Positions 38,171 to 49,969 are shown, counted from the first letter of the stretch. The stretch is 64,000 nucleotides of DNA from Felis catus (GCF_018350175.1 NC_058368.1:171308001-171372000); one strand, 5' to 3'. Translations and numbers: made by a program. The notes: generated from the letters alone by a model not told the origin.

Positions 38171-39989
38171 ATCCTAGAAGTAATTTCTCTGATGCTGTCT
38201 GAAGCAACATTTTTCTAGATATGTCTCCTGAAGCAAGGGAAATAAAAACAAAAATAAACTATTGGGACGACATCAAAATAAAAAGCTTTTCTATAGCAAA
38301 GGAAACAATCAACAAAAAGACAACCTATTGAATGGGAGAAGATATTTGCAAATGACATATCTAATAAAGGGTTAGTATCCAAAATATATGAAAAACATAT
38401 ACAACTCAACACCCAAAAAATAAATAATCCAAGGGAAAAATGGGCAGAAGGCATGAGCAGACATTTCTCCAAAGAAGACTTCCAGATGGCCAACAGACCC
38501 ATGACAAGATTCTCGACATCACTCATCATCAGAGATATGCAAATCAAAACCACAATGAGATATCATGTCATACCTGTCAGAATGGCTAAAATCAAAAACA
38601 CAAGAAACAAGTGTTGGCAAGGATAAAGAGAAAAAGGAACCCACTTGCATTGTTGGTGGGAATGCAAATTGGTGCAGTCACTGTGGAAAACAGTATGGAA
38701 GTTCCGCAAAAAGTTAAAAACAAAATACCTAGTCTTAATCCCTGGGACCCGTGAATGTTACCTCATGTAGCAAAAGGGACTTCACAGGTGGGATTAAGTT
38801 AAAATGTTTGAGATGGGGAGATTATCCTGGTTTATCTATGAGGGCCTTTTAAGAGGGAAATTGGATGCAGAAGAGAAAAGGCAAGGTGCAAACTGAAGCA
38901 AGATGAAATGCTGCTGGTTTTGAAGATGGCAGAAGGGGACATAAGCCATGGAATACAAGAATTCCTCTAGAAGCTGGAAAAGGCCAGAAAACATGGTTTT
39001 CCAAAAGAGCTACTGGAAGGAGAATTGCCCTGCTGACACCTTGATTTTGGTCCAGGAAAAAAATTTCAGACCTCTGACCTATGGGGTTATAAAAAAACAA
39101 TCGTGTGTTGTTTTAAACCATCAAGTTTGTAGTAATTGTTATAGCAGCCTTGGAAAATTAATGCCCATACCAAATAACAAGGATGTGATCTAAGACTAGG
39201 GTCATATCAAAGGATACCAAAGACAGTTTGTAGAGGCTCTCACCAGCCACAATTAGGAAAATTTGAACTTCATAAGGAGAATAATTACAATAGATTGAAA
39301 CCCATCAAAAATATTTAAATTCATTAGCTCATAATAATATTAAAAATTAATTGGATACCTTTGGAAGATGCTAGAGGGTAAAATCTTTATCTGGAAAAAT
39401 GTTAAATAAATGGAAAGAATCAAATATTAAGGACCTCTTCACTGTACAACGTACATCACTAGATAACCAAATAGTAAATGAAGAGAAGCAGTATTTATAA
39501 CAGTATTTCAACAGTATTTATTATGGAAAGTAAATAATAACATTGAATATTATCATTTGGCAACCTCCAATTTATTAATGGATCTAGGCATAAGGACCAG
39601 TGGCTATTACCATCAGAAAAAAGAGACAGCCAAATATTACAAGCCTCCTAGTGACAGAATTCAGCCCCTATCAAGCGGATTAAACCAGATTTCTGACCAG
39701 TTCCAGATTTCTAAGCTCTGGATCCAACTGTCAATTTGCAGGAAACACATAGATAGAAAAATGTGTTTAAATGCACCATGAGTGTGCAATCAGCAGCATC
39801 CAGACTGTGGGAAACTCTACAAGTCAAACAATTCTGGTCTTTCCACAAATGAAGTTGTAAGAAAACAGAAAAAACTGAAGATGGAATTTGTGGATTAAAA
39901 AATTTGAATGGCACATCCAATTTCTTAAAAAGTGGGCATGACTAAATTATAATGTCTGGAAAAATGTACAGTAGTGATATACTTTAAAA

Positions 39990-40202
39990 ATTTTTTTAAC
40001 ATTTATTTATTTTTTGAAAGAGAAAAAGACATAGCATGAACAGAAGAGGGGCAGAGGAAAGAGAGAGTCACAGATTCCAAAGCAGGCTCCAGGCTCCAAG
40101 CTGTCAGCACAGAGCCCAATGCAGGGCTTGAACTCACGAACCGCAGGAGCATGACCTGAGCCGAAGTTGGACATTCAACCAACTGAGCTACCCAGGCACC
40201 CC
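39990..40202 (-). mobile_element. CanSINE
   Basis: TSD agtgatatact / agtgatacact. Confidence 0.95.
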
Positions 40203-40639
40203 AGTGATACACTGTTCTTTAAAATTCAACAAGGTGTTAATGTCAGTATAATGTCTTTTTTGTTGTTGTTGTAAAGAGGTGATCGTGACAGGGTCCAAGC
40301 ATATGGGAGACACATGTTTCATTTCTTGACCTGGCATGATGGTTACAAAGGTGTCTATGCAATTCATGAATTGTATTTATTTTATGTGGTTTTCTCAGTT
40401 TTACTAGAAAATGATTTGAAAAGAAAAAAATACAAAAAGCCAGAATGAGCTACAAAGAAGCATCAGTTTTGTTATTTATAAGATTGCGTTAGAAAAATGG
40501 TTGATTCTGTTGGGTCCAGGGGAAAAAATATACAAGATGAGCTCAGAATATCTTGTCATACTAAATAGCAAGACCATTTTGGCCACTCTTCCCTACCACC
40601 TCATCACTTTTGAGTAGCAAGTAATATGTTTGAAATTCA

Positions 40640-41450
40640 AAATAAACAACAAAGTGGAAGGAAATATTTCCAACATATATAATATGCAAAGAATTGATAG
40701 CAATAGAATATTAAGAATTTCTAAAATTCATTAAGAAAAACACAGCCAGACCAATAGAAAAAAAAGAAATGATAAATGAAAGAATTCAGTGAATTATCTA
40801 TATAATTATATAGATAGCCAATAAATACATGGAAAGATGTTTAACTTTGCCAAGTATCAGAAGACTCCAAACTAAACACAAATTAGAACAAAAATTTAAA
40901 AGATTTTAAAATTTAATCCCCAAATTTAAAAGATTGATAATATTGAGTGTTGGCAGGACTGTGAGCAAATGGGTACTGTTAGATCCAGTAGTGGAGATGC
41001 AAATTACTGTAGCCTTTTTGGAGGGTCATAAGACAGTATCTTCTAAAATTTTAAAGGTACCTACCATTTGACCACTTCAAATGAAGTATCTCTTCAAGGT
41101 GTCCATTCTTCAGCAATAGGCACAAGATGCATGTATAAAGATCACCGAAACACTGTTTGAAAAAGTGAACAATAGCAAATAACCTAAATATTCCTTAATA
41201 GGAAAATGATGAGCTATACAAGTACTTTGTGAGTATAATACAATAGATAACAAGAATGAGGCAGATCTATTTACCTATGTGGATTCCCAAAATATTTTTT
41301 ATGTGAGGAAAAAAGCAAAAATCAGAAAACATTTACAATATAAAACCCCCAAAAGAATCCTACATATTTTCACATACACATATATGTACACAGAGATAAC
41401 ATCTGGAAGGCGACACAGCAAACCCTCAACTTCGGACAGGAAATAGGAGA
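40640..41450 (+). mobile_element. Old L1ME-like ORF2-end/3'UTR fragment
   Basis: gagtgttggcaggactgtgagcaaatggg...ctttttggaggg...aagaatgaggcagatctat. Confidence 0.8.
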
Positions 41451-41474
41451 TGGTAGTGAAGAAGGCTTTTTGCA

Positions 41475-41590
41475 AAAGGAGGAGGAGGGGAGTGGAGAGG
41501 AAGTGAAAGGGGGACGTGAAGGGGAGGCAGAGGGGGAGGAGGGGGAAAGGAGGAAGGGGAGGGGGAACAGATGTAGAGAGGACAAGATGG
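41475..41590. repeat. G/A-rich low-complexity tract
   Basis: Runs of ggag/gggga. Confidence 0.85.
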
Positions 41591-41779
41591 AGCCTGGCCT
41601 AGTTCCAGCTCAGATGCCCTTCATGTCCTCTGTGGCCCTGTACTCTACGTGAACATCCACAGCCACCAGCATCCTCACTGGCGGGACAGGTCTCTGCACC
41701 CCCCCTCCCCTGACAGTATATCATGTATTTATCGTCACTAGGGTTACAGCTCCGTGAAAGCCTGAATCAGTTGTGTGTT

Positions 41780-41960
41780 GGTGTATACCCGCTGTCTCAG
41801 CTCACATCTTGATTTCATTCTTGTGAGAGACAGAGCAGCAGTCCTGCTAAGCCACGCCTGGGCTGCTGACCCACAGAAACCCAGAGGAAATAGATGTGTG
41901 TTGATTTAAGCCATTAAGCTTGTGGTAATATTGTTTTGCAGCATAGAAAACAAATGTGCT
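41780..41960 (+). mobile_element. MLT1 LTR 3' fragment
   Basis: ctgacccacagaaac...tttaagccattaagcttgtggtaatattgttttgcagcatagaaaac. Confidence 0.8.
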
Positions 41961-42120
41961 ACTTCATCCATTAAATGCTATTCGAAAGTCAAAAGAAAAA
42001 AACGGTCTTCTTTTGCTTTTTGTTCTATACTTTTTATGTTGACTGGATTATGTATTTCTTGTATACTTAAAAGACAAACAAGAATTGCCACTTAAATGTT
42101 GCCCAGTAAACTTCAGTTTC

Positions 42121-42230
42121 AGGGTTCCTGGCTGGTTCAATCGGTGGAGCATGCAACAACCCTGCATCTCGGGACCGTGAGTTTGAGCCCCACATGTTGT
42201 GTAGAGTTTACTTGAAAAAAATTTTTTTAA
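42121..42230 (+). mobile_element. Short tRNA-like carnivore SINE lacking the CT tract
   Basis: tRNA-Lys-like body ending gtagagtttacttgaaaaaa; perfect TSD taaacttcagtttc. Confidence 0.9.
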
Positions 42231-43482
42231 TAAACTTCAGTTTCTTTTCCTATACTTATTTGGATTTATTATTGTATTGCACTTATCATGGAGGTTTTTT
42301 CCTTTTGGCTTACACCTGGATGGGATTACATCGGGACCAAAACAAGAGACTGGTTTTTTTCTGAAATATCTGCCATATGGCAATGCCGCACCCTTAGGGC
42401 CCACGTTATTTACTGATCACAAACCAATAACCAGCCTATTCCCGGTTCCTGGCACTCATTTCTTCCAGTGGAGAAATAATGAATAAGAAATATTTGTGCA
42501 CATATATCATGAACACAACACATATTTCATAAGATGAAAACAGCTATTAAGATCATCTGGTTTGATACTTTTATTTTATACAAGAGAAAACTAAAGCCCA
42601 GAGAGGCAAAATGACCTTCCCAAAATTATATATCCCAACATATTGTCATTATTTGCTTAAATGTTTAACTCCTTCCATGCAGGGAGTGTGACTTATTTGT
42701 CTTAAAATTTCAGCATGTAGCACAATGCCAAATACATGGTAATAACTCAATAAAGGTTTGAAGATACATCAACAAAAGTCTAATGAGGATAAGAGTTAAC
42801 TCCATTTGTTCACCTAACAAATATTCATTGAACTCCTTCTATGAGTCAATCACTATTCTAGGCTTTGGCAAAACCCTATCAAACAAAAACTTCCAGTTTA
42901 TTGGGGCTAGGGATGGGCAGATAAATCAGAAAGTAGTAAGTGTTACAGCAGGAATTTTGAAAGGGTGATGATGTCATGCACAGTGGATGAATGGCTACAG
43001 TAGGTTGCATGGTAAGGCAAGGCAAGGTAAGATTGTACAGTTCAGTGGGGGGTTTTGTTTAACCATTTATGATGCCTGGGAGAAAAATTATACCAGTCTA
43101 CCTGTATAAGATCTATAGGGTTTTTCTGAAAATATGGGCCTTTTAAAAGAATTGCATTGTATCCCTACTGACTTATGTGTCCCTTCTACTCCAGAAATTT
43201 TTAAGTTTCTTATTTATCTTGTTAGGCATGGCTCCTCAAAAAAATGTTTAATTTAGTGATTTCTCTAGCCTCTGTGAAATAATTAATGATATTTAAACAA
43301 ACTCTTAATTAATAACTAGCATTTATAAAGAATTTAAGATGTGTGCTTTTGTAACTCGAATAATCACTTTCTTATTTATGTCTTAATGTGTAAATTGTAA
43401 TGTGTAGATAGGGTTTTTATTCCCTCTCAAAATAAATGGAACAAAACTGAGGTTGTTCTTTTTCATTTAAAAAAATTTTTTA

Positions 43483-43692
43483 GGGGCGCCTGGGTGGTTC
43501 AGTCGGTTAAGCGTCCAACTTCAGCTCAGGTCACGATCTCGCGGTTCGTGAGTTCGAGCCCCGCGTTGGGCTCTTGGCTGACGGCTCAGAGCCTGTTGCC
43601 TGCTTCCGATTCTGTGTCTCCCTCTCTTTCTGCCCCTCCACCATTCATGCTCTGTCTCTCTCTGTCCCAAAAATAAATAAACGTTAAAAAAA
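43483..43692 (+). mobile_element. Young felid CanSINE
   Basis: Full length and CpG-rich. Confidence 0.97.
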
Positions 43693-43702
43693 TTTTTTTG
43701 GG

Positions 43703-43920
43703 GGGGCGCCTGGGTGGCACAGTCGGTTAAGCGTCCGACTTTAGCTCAGGTCGCGATCTCGCGGTCCGTGAGTTCGAGCCCCGCGTCGGGCTCTGTGCTG
43801 ACAGCTCAGAGCCTGGAGCCTGCTTAGGATTCTGTGTCTCCCTCTCTCTCTGCCCCTCCCCCGTTCATGCTCTGTCTCTCTCTGTCCCAAAAATAAACGT
43901 TGAAAAAAAAATTAAAAAAA
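43703..43920 (+). mobile_element. Young felid CanSINE, head-to-tail with the previous copy
   Basis: Full length and CpG-rich. Confidence 0.97.
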
Positions 43921-43921
43921 A

Positions 43922-44016
43922 TTTTTTTTATTTTTTTTAAACTTTTTTAATGTTTATTTATATTTGAAAGAGAGAGACAGTCGGACATTCAACTGACTGC
44001 GCCACCCAGGCGTCCC
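43922..44016 (-). mobile_element. Internally deleted CanSINE
   Basis: Tail and GA tract joined directly to the head (gagagacag|tcggacattcaactgactgcgccacccagg). Confidence 0.9.
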
Positions 44017-44019
44017 TCA

Positions 44020-44340
44020 TTTTTTAAATTTTTAATTAAAATATAGTTGACAAATAATATTATATTAGTATTAGGTATACAACATAATGATTTGACAATT
44101 ATATACATTATGAAATGTTCACCGCAATAAGTATAGCTACCATGTGTCATCATACACAGTTATATTATTATTAACTGTATTCCCTATGCTGTACTTTTCA
44201 TCCCTATGACTTATTTCATAACTGGAACTTTGTACCTCTTAATCTCCTTCATCTATTTTGCCTATCCCCACCTTCCTGCCTTCTGGCAACCACTAGTGTG
44301 TTCTTTATGTTTACAGTCTGCTGTTGCTGTTGTTTGTTTG
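44020..44340 (-). mobile_element. L1 3'UTR fragment (L1MA9/L1_Carn-like)
   Basis: atatagttgaca...ggtatacaacataatgatttgaca...cttctggcaaccact. Confidence 0.9.
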
Positions 44341-44347
44341 TTCTTAA

Positions 44348-45408
44348 TGTAACCATATTTTAAGTGCATCTGTCCCTGTTGCTTACAAGTCTCAGCTTAG
44401 GCCCAAAGCTAAAGACAGTGGGTATTAAGAGTTCATATACCAAAGCTGAGCTGCGAGACCATTTACACTGAATTCACCATCACACTGGCTCTATACCCAT
44501 CAAACACCCACCCACGACCACCCTCACGTATCTATGACAGAAGATGAGGACAAGGAGACAGGGCACCAGTGCTAAGTCAAGAGGCCTCACAGGCTCCAGC
44601 ATAAGCCTGCAGCAGAGCATGGGGGAGGGAGATCTTGGGAGAAACTGATCATCTCCCCCAGGAATAGGAGGTCACAGAGCTTGGCTTGCGACTGTCTCCT
44701 GAAGACATCAGCTGGCCCTGATGGAGGGTGAGGGGAGCCCTGATGGAGAAGGCACACACCCACCAATGGCAGGAAAGAGCATGATCCACAGGGAACTGGC
44801 TCCCCGAGAAGGAGGGTGCAGTGCACCACCAGAGGCTAGACCTGGAAGCAATCAGAAAGCATCAGTAAGGCAAACATCACCTGCACCGAGGAAATGCAGA
44901 TGGAAGGTTCCCTACAGTAAAGCTGCCCAAGAACACACTAGAGTGCCCTGTGAGAGGAAGAAAGAATATTTAGGCAACCACTATTCAGGAACACCACCAG
45001 CTTGGCCAGTTTATACTCCAATGCCCCCTGCCCCCTCTGTGGTTCTTCCAGGGTGAGGGTGGGAAGAGGGCAAACAACTTCAAGGATAGGGATGAAGAGG
45101 TGAAAATCCCAGGAGGGGTAATCAACAGGCAAACTGTGGTCCCCATGCCCACTATGGGTTTCCAAGCCTGGGAAGTTTTTAATTGGGTAAGAGACAAAGG
45201 ATTTAAACAAGAAAGAACTTTCTAACATCTGAACTTGAGACTGTCTCTAATTCCTGAAAATGCCTGGAAGTCTATGAGATCTGCCCAAGATAGCTTCCTG
45301 GAGTGGATGGAGAAGGGACATCAGACAGAAAAGGCCCAAGGACAAAGTAAAAATAAATAATGAAACAAAGTTGCTTCCTCCTGGCATCCTACCAATGAAA
45401 TAGCTACA
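44348..45408 (+). mobile_element. Probable ancient solo LTR (LTR78/79/MamGypLTR-like)
   Basis: ~1.06-kb GC-richer block bounded by tgtaacc...gctaca, with AATAAA at 45352; no TSD seen. Confidence 0.5.
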
Positions 45409-45499
45409 TAGTAACATTTCTAGGTCCAGCACAGAAAAGCTACATTCTTTGGAATTCCTCAGGAGAAGGAACCAACAGATAGTGAGGACTGACTCTGTA

Positions 45500-45740
45500 C
45501 CCTCAGTGTATATCCTTGTCTTTACAACCCAACAATGATAAAGTAAGGATTCATACATTCTGAATCTTGCAGATGAGGAAACTGAGACTCAGAAAGTTTA
45601 TGTAAATTGCCCGAGGACACAGCCAATAATAATGATGGGTAGAACATTTGCTGAGTGGGATGTGCCAGCTCTGTGCTAAGAATTTTATATGCATTTCTCA
45701 TTTAATCTTAACGGGTACCCTGTGAGGTAGGTTCTAGTGT
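45500..45740 (-). mobile_element. MIR fragments (two pieces)
   Basis: cagatgaggaaactgagactcagaaagtt and tgtgccagctctgtgctaag...ctcatttaatct. Confidence 0.85.
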
Positions 45741-47051
45741 TAGGCCTAAGACAGAAAGTCAAATTCGGGTCTTTCCTGCTTCTTCCTGCTTCACCATCCC
45801 GGGCAGCCTGGTACTCAGGAAGCCAAAGAGAAGCTCAGTGCAAGAACTCTCCTCTCACCTGCTTCAGTGTAGGTGAGGACAAGGTCTTAAAGGCACCCTC
45901 ACAGCGAAAAAAGTGTGTGTTCTAAATTTAATGCCCACTTTTCCTTTCATGACAGGAGCAGGTAGTTGCAACAAAATTGCAGAATAGAGTAGATTTTACT
46001 CACTATCCATTTGTAGCCCAAAATTACTTGATTCATACCAATAGTTGCTGGGTTGTTTTAAAAATACTCATTTCCTCTATTTAAAGCTGTCAGACACAAA
46101 CTCTTGGGTTGCAGCCTGATGTAAAATTAACTACCAAGCATATTTCTACTGCCAAGAATAAAAACTTAGAGCCATAAAGTGTGGATGGTTTACTGTGCTA
46201 TAGTTAACTTTATAGTTAGCATTAGTTTCTTTCCTAAGGAAGAGCACAATATAAGGTCTGGGACATATCACTGAATGCCAGGCAATCACAGAGAAACATA
46301 TTTCCAGAAGTCATTGAAACTGTGCTAGGTGGAAAGGAAGGATAAATAGTTATAGCACACAAGTACACAAATTACACAAGTCAAAAGGACAATGGAGCAG
46401 ACAGGAAGATGATCACCCTGGTTTTCTTGAAGCAGTATAGAATGTGGTATTTGTAAATCTTAGTTATGATGGTACTGAATCTACAAAGACACCCTCAGGA
46501 ATCACCTCAGCCCTTTATTTTTAGCTGCAAGGCAAGGTTACATTCTGCTCTGTTTCAGTAAAAAAATGGAATTTGCTTTCTATTTTCTAGGCTCTGCTTT
46601 AATTAAGAAACCCTACTACAGAGACTTAAGTTAATTTTTAGAAATAAATTGTATAACCAAATCCATGTCTCCTCCACCCTTTGGCTGAGCGTGTTTTCTG
46701 TAAAATGTATTCTGTAGCCAACAACTTTCATTCCTTTGCTGTATCAGGACTTGTTTTTTGGGTCCTTAGCTCATAAGACACAAAGACATACTTCTGCTGC
46801 TACGGAACTGGTCTTCAAGGAAGGCGATAAGAAAAATGGAGGATGATAAAGGCCTTAAGGTCTTTTGACAGATTTCCAAACCACTTTTTCCTTTTTGGAG
46901 TTTGCTCATGTTATTATCCTGTTTATTTTCCCCTCATGATGATTAGTTTTTAAACCATTAAAAATCATAGATCCTGTGTTCTGTTTTGGGTCCAGAAAGC
47001 AAAGGAGTACTAGAAAGGTTGCATCTGAATCCTCAGCCAGAATCATGGAAA

Positions 47052-47052
<1 letters not shown>

Positions 47053-47097
<45 letters not shown>
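47053..47097. repeat. (CA)n microsatellite
   Basis: Directly visible. Confidence 0.98.
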
Positions 47098-47101
<4 letters not shown>

Positions 47102-47559
47102 TTGTGTACCAACATCATTGGTGAAAAAGGAAAATCTTCAAGGAAGAACACCAGACCCTCAGAGCAGATGTGGGCGAGGCTGGAGTGAGTGAAGGGAATA
47201 TCACATCACGGTGGTTACAAGTCCATGATCTAAATGGCTGCCAACCCTTGCTATGATTTTCCTTTTGGAGACAGTGTGGATGGGCTTGCATTTAGGCAAA
47301 GCACCAGGCCACAGTCAGCATACCCAACCCAGTAGGGTCATGTTACACAAAAGTGTTTTTAATTGACCTGAAGGAGGTATGGGCAGACTGTCTCTCCCCA
47401 GCAGAGAATTTGGTAAAGAATGTCTACGGGCCCATCTAGCCAACCCAAAAATCCCCCCTAAACTAAAGAGCTAAAGTGACTTTCCATGATTTGGTGTGTT
47501 GAACAGTCAGTCTCAAAGCCAAAGAAAAACAGACACCAGCAAAGTGAGTAGAAGGAGAA

Positions 47560-47900
47560 TGAGAACTGACTGAGTCATCATATAGAGAAGTTCCCTTTCT
47601 AGGGAAGTTCCAGCTGTTTTTCCTCCCAAGAGCAAGCCCTCAAAAGGAAAGGAAAAAAAAAATAGATGAGTGTACTTTGCACAGATTTGGATATTCATAT
47701 TTGGAACATCTTTTGAAAGCTTCAACAAAATGGCCACAGAAACCTGAATAAACACGGGCAATTTTTAAAGTAATGACTGCTCCTTTCAAACCAATCTCAG
47801 AAGCAACAAAGAGTGTGGTACTGCAACGAACGGTTCAGCAATCCGTAAAAACAATCCCACTTACGGAAGTGGGTGATACTCGTGCATCACAAGTAACAAG
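47560..47900. promoter_or_regulatory. Candidate enhancer (motif cluster)
   Basis: TGAGTCA, TTCTAGGGAA, GGGAAGTTCC, CAGCTG, TGTGGT, AACGG and CGGAAGT in apparently non-repeat DNA; motif matches only. Confidence 0.3.
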
Positions 47901-49089
47901 GAAACATGCTCTATTTCTGAAGCCTTTATGGTGCATATGTTGGCATTTATACTGGACTACTGCCTCTTTGATCTTAAGTCACATTGCATTATCTAAATTT
48001 AGGCCTCTTTTTTCCCTTATCACATTTTTCTTATGTCACATTTGCTCTTGGGTCAACATGAATGCTGCTGCGCAGAAACACACATGCTGGTAATTGTATT
48101 TTCCTTACTATGTGTTTCTTCTCTGTTGTGGATTAATTCTTATGATCCTTGTCACAAAGCCAAGCAAATCAGATTTATGTTCATGGAAATATAACAAGAA
48201 TTTTGGAAATGTTTGTAATTGATCCCACATGTTCCGTTTGCTTAGATTCATAAAGCTGCAAGGGAATTTCAAGAGATGATTTGGGGACTTTAGAGATGAA
48301 ATTTTATGTATTCTGATGTCATTAACTAATTTTCCAGAAGGAAAGATTGCCTGAGCAAAGGAGTGGTTTCTCTGCTATCAGAGAGTTCTCAATGTTCCGA
48401 TTGAGCCCCCTTTTGTGTAAAAGAATACATGATTTGCAGATAAAGGGATTTCTGATGTCCCCCCTTGTGAAGGTATGAGAAGTCAACTGGTAGACACCAC
48501 TGAACACCTTTAAAAATTCTAGTATCTAGAGAGATTGATGACACTAGAATTCCAACCAATTAAAAGCAAAAAATATCAATGAAGCATTTAAAAGTAGTCA
48601 TTATTGTTTCCTAAATGTAGTGATGCAATCTAAAATAGAGCAGACTGAGTGTGCTTTCTGCATGGTTGATCTACAAGGACTGGTCTGCTCAGTTGCTCTT
48701 CAGTCAGGAAACTGTTTTATCATTTAGCCTCCCAGACAGTGTTTGCCTTGAGGAAACTAAAAATGTTTACAGTCTTTTAGGCCAGCCCACCGCTGTTCAG
48801 GTATCCACAGTTAAACTGTTCAAACTAGGTGGTTGTTCATCTAATTTTTAAGCCCCTTCAGAAACAGGAATCTCATAACCTTCTCCTTCTAGTAAAATGC
48901 TTCCTAACTGTAAATTTACTCCTCGTGTTACTAGCAAACCCACTAGAATGAGGGTAGACTTACTTATCATGGCAGCAGACAGACTTTGTTCACTGATACA
49001 GAATTGCCAATGCAGGGTAGGTGGGAAAGAGACAGCAGCAGGAAATGAAGAAGAATATTGGGACTAGCTCATGAGCACATGGCACGCAG

Positions 49090-49276
49090 CAGTGGTTCTC
49101 AAAGTGTAACCTGTACCAGAATCACCTGGGGGCTCATTAAACAGCTTGCTGGACCCACCTCAGAGCTTCTAATTCAGTATGTCTGGTGTAATATAACGCC
49201 TGAAAGTTTGCATTTCTAAAAATTTCCCAGTGATGCTGATGCTGCTGGTCTAGAGACCACATTTTAAGAACAACGG
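49090..49276. mobile_element. MER5A (hAT-Charlie MITE)
   Basis: cagtggttctcaaagtg terminus, agaatcacctgg and tttgcatttctaa...gatgctgatgctgctggtc...gaccacattttaagaac. Confidence 0.9.
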
Positions 49277-49969
49277 GCCTACGGTATTTGTTCCTGCAAA
49301 AAGTCATAGCTTCCTGAGACACAGGAATGTGTACAATATAAAGACAGAAAAACCTTAGGAAAAAATATTTGCTTTCCTTTCTCCTAGAAACATGTTTCAC
49401 ATACCATAAGGATTAGATCTGCAACCATTTGTTTCCCTACTGATGGAGTTAATTGCTCCGATCCAGAAAGACCCCAAATGGTTACAGCCCAGACTGGAGT
49501 GTTATCTCCCTAGGTATTTACATTTCAGGGAGGAAGGAGCCCCAGAACTTACAGACATCTCTTGGTGGTAAAAGCCAAGACACACAGGGCATTCTGGCTC
49601 CTGGAGGGATTTTATTTATAAACCAAAGGGCTGGAGCGAGGATTCAGGCCCATTATGTTTCCAAGGAGACAGGAAGGGAGGGGAACAGCTGCCTCCTTCC
49701 CCATTAGAAGCAGAGAAAAATAATTTTCCTCGTCTCTCACCTATGAAGTGTCCAGCCACTCAAGTAGGATTATTTGGCCTTTTATCACATTGCCCAGAGA
49801 TGAGTTCTGGGGCATGAGGAGCTGACACACTTTTAAAATCTCTCTCCTACCTAGAATACTTTGTGTACACATTCAGGATAAAATTAATAAAAACTAATAT
49901 GAAAAACCCAACAGCATCCCAATGCTAAATGAGCTCTACTGTGATTAGGATGCCTAGCATCTCTCTCTC

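Larger units (their letters stand above)
37240..38720. mobile_element. Carnivore L1 with a 5' inversion (3' end on minus, ORF2 segment on plus)
   Basis: T-rich tail and antisense L1 3' end to ~37572, then sense ORF2 at 37573-38720; 13-bp TSD caaaata(t/c)ctagt. Confidence 0.88.
37202..39165 (+). mobile_element. MaLR LTR (MLT1D-like), split by an L1 insertion
   Basis: 5' piece tggagtaggttgaataatggctcccc (37202-37239) resumes at 38734 cttaatccctgggacccgtgaatg; 5-bp TSD catac. Confidence 0.88.
35090..40430 (+). mobile_element. Old L1M(C/D)-type element (5'/ORF1 remnant and long 3'UTR), interrupted by nested insertions
   Basis: ORF1-like sequence (ctaggtattttatctagtaaaactgactttcaagtataaa) at ~36.5 kb; L1MC-like 3'UTR continues across 37202-39165. 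Confidence 0.65.

Noticed and set aside
40490..40585. Similarity to 37130-37200/39170 suggesting a local duplication
   Set aside because: Better explained as another fragment of the same old L1M 3'UTR family.
42121..42215. Possible tRNA gene
   Set aside because: It has an A tail, a perfect TSD and a degenerate cloverleaf, so it is a tRNA-derived retroposed SINE.
44587..45228. Cluster of overlapping 70-111 aa ORFs
   Set aside because: Expected from higher GC content in a probable LTR; no recognisable domain or splice structure.
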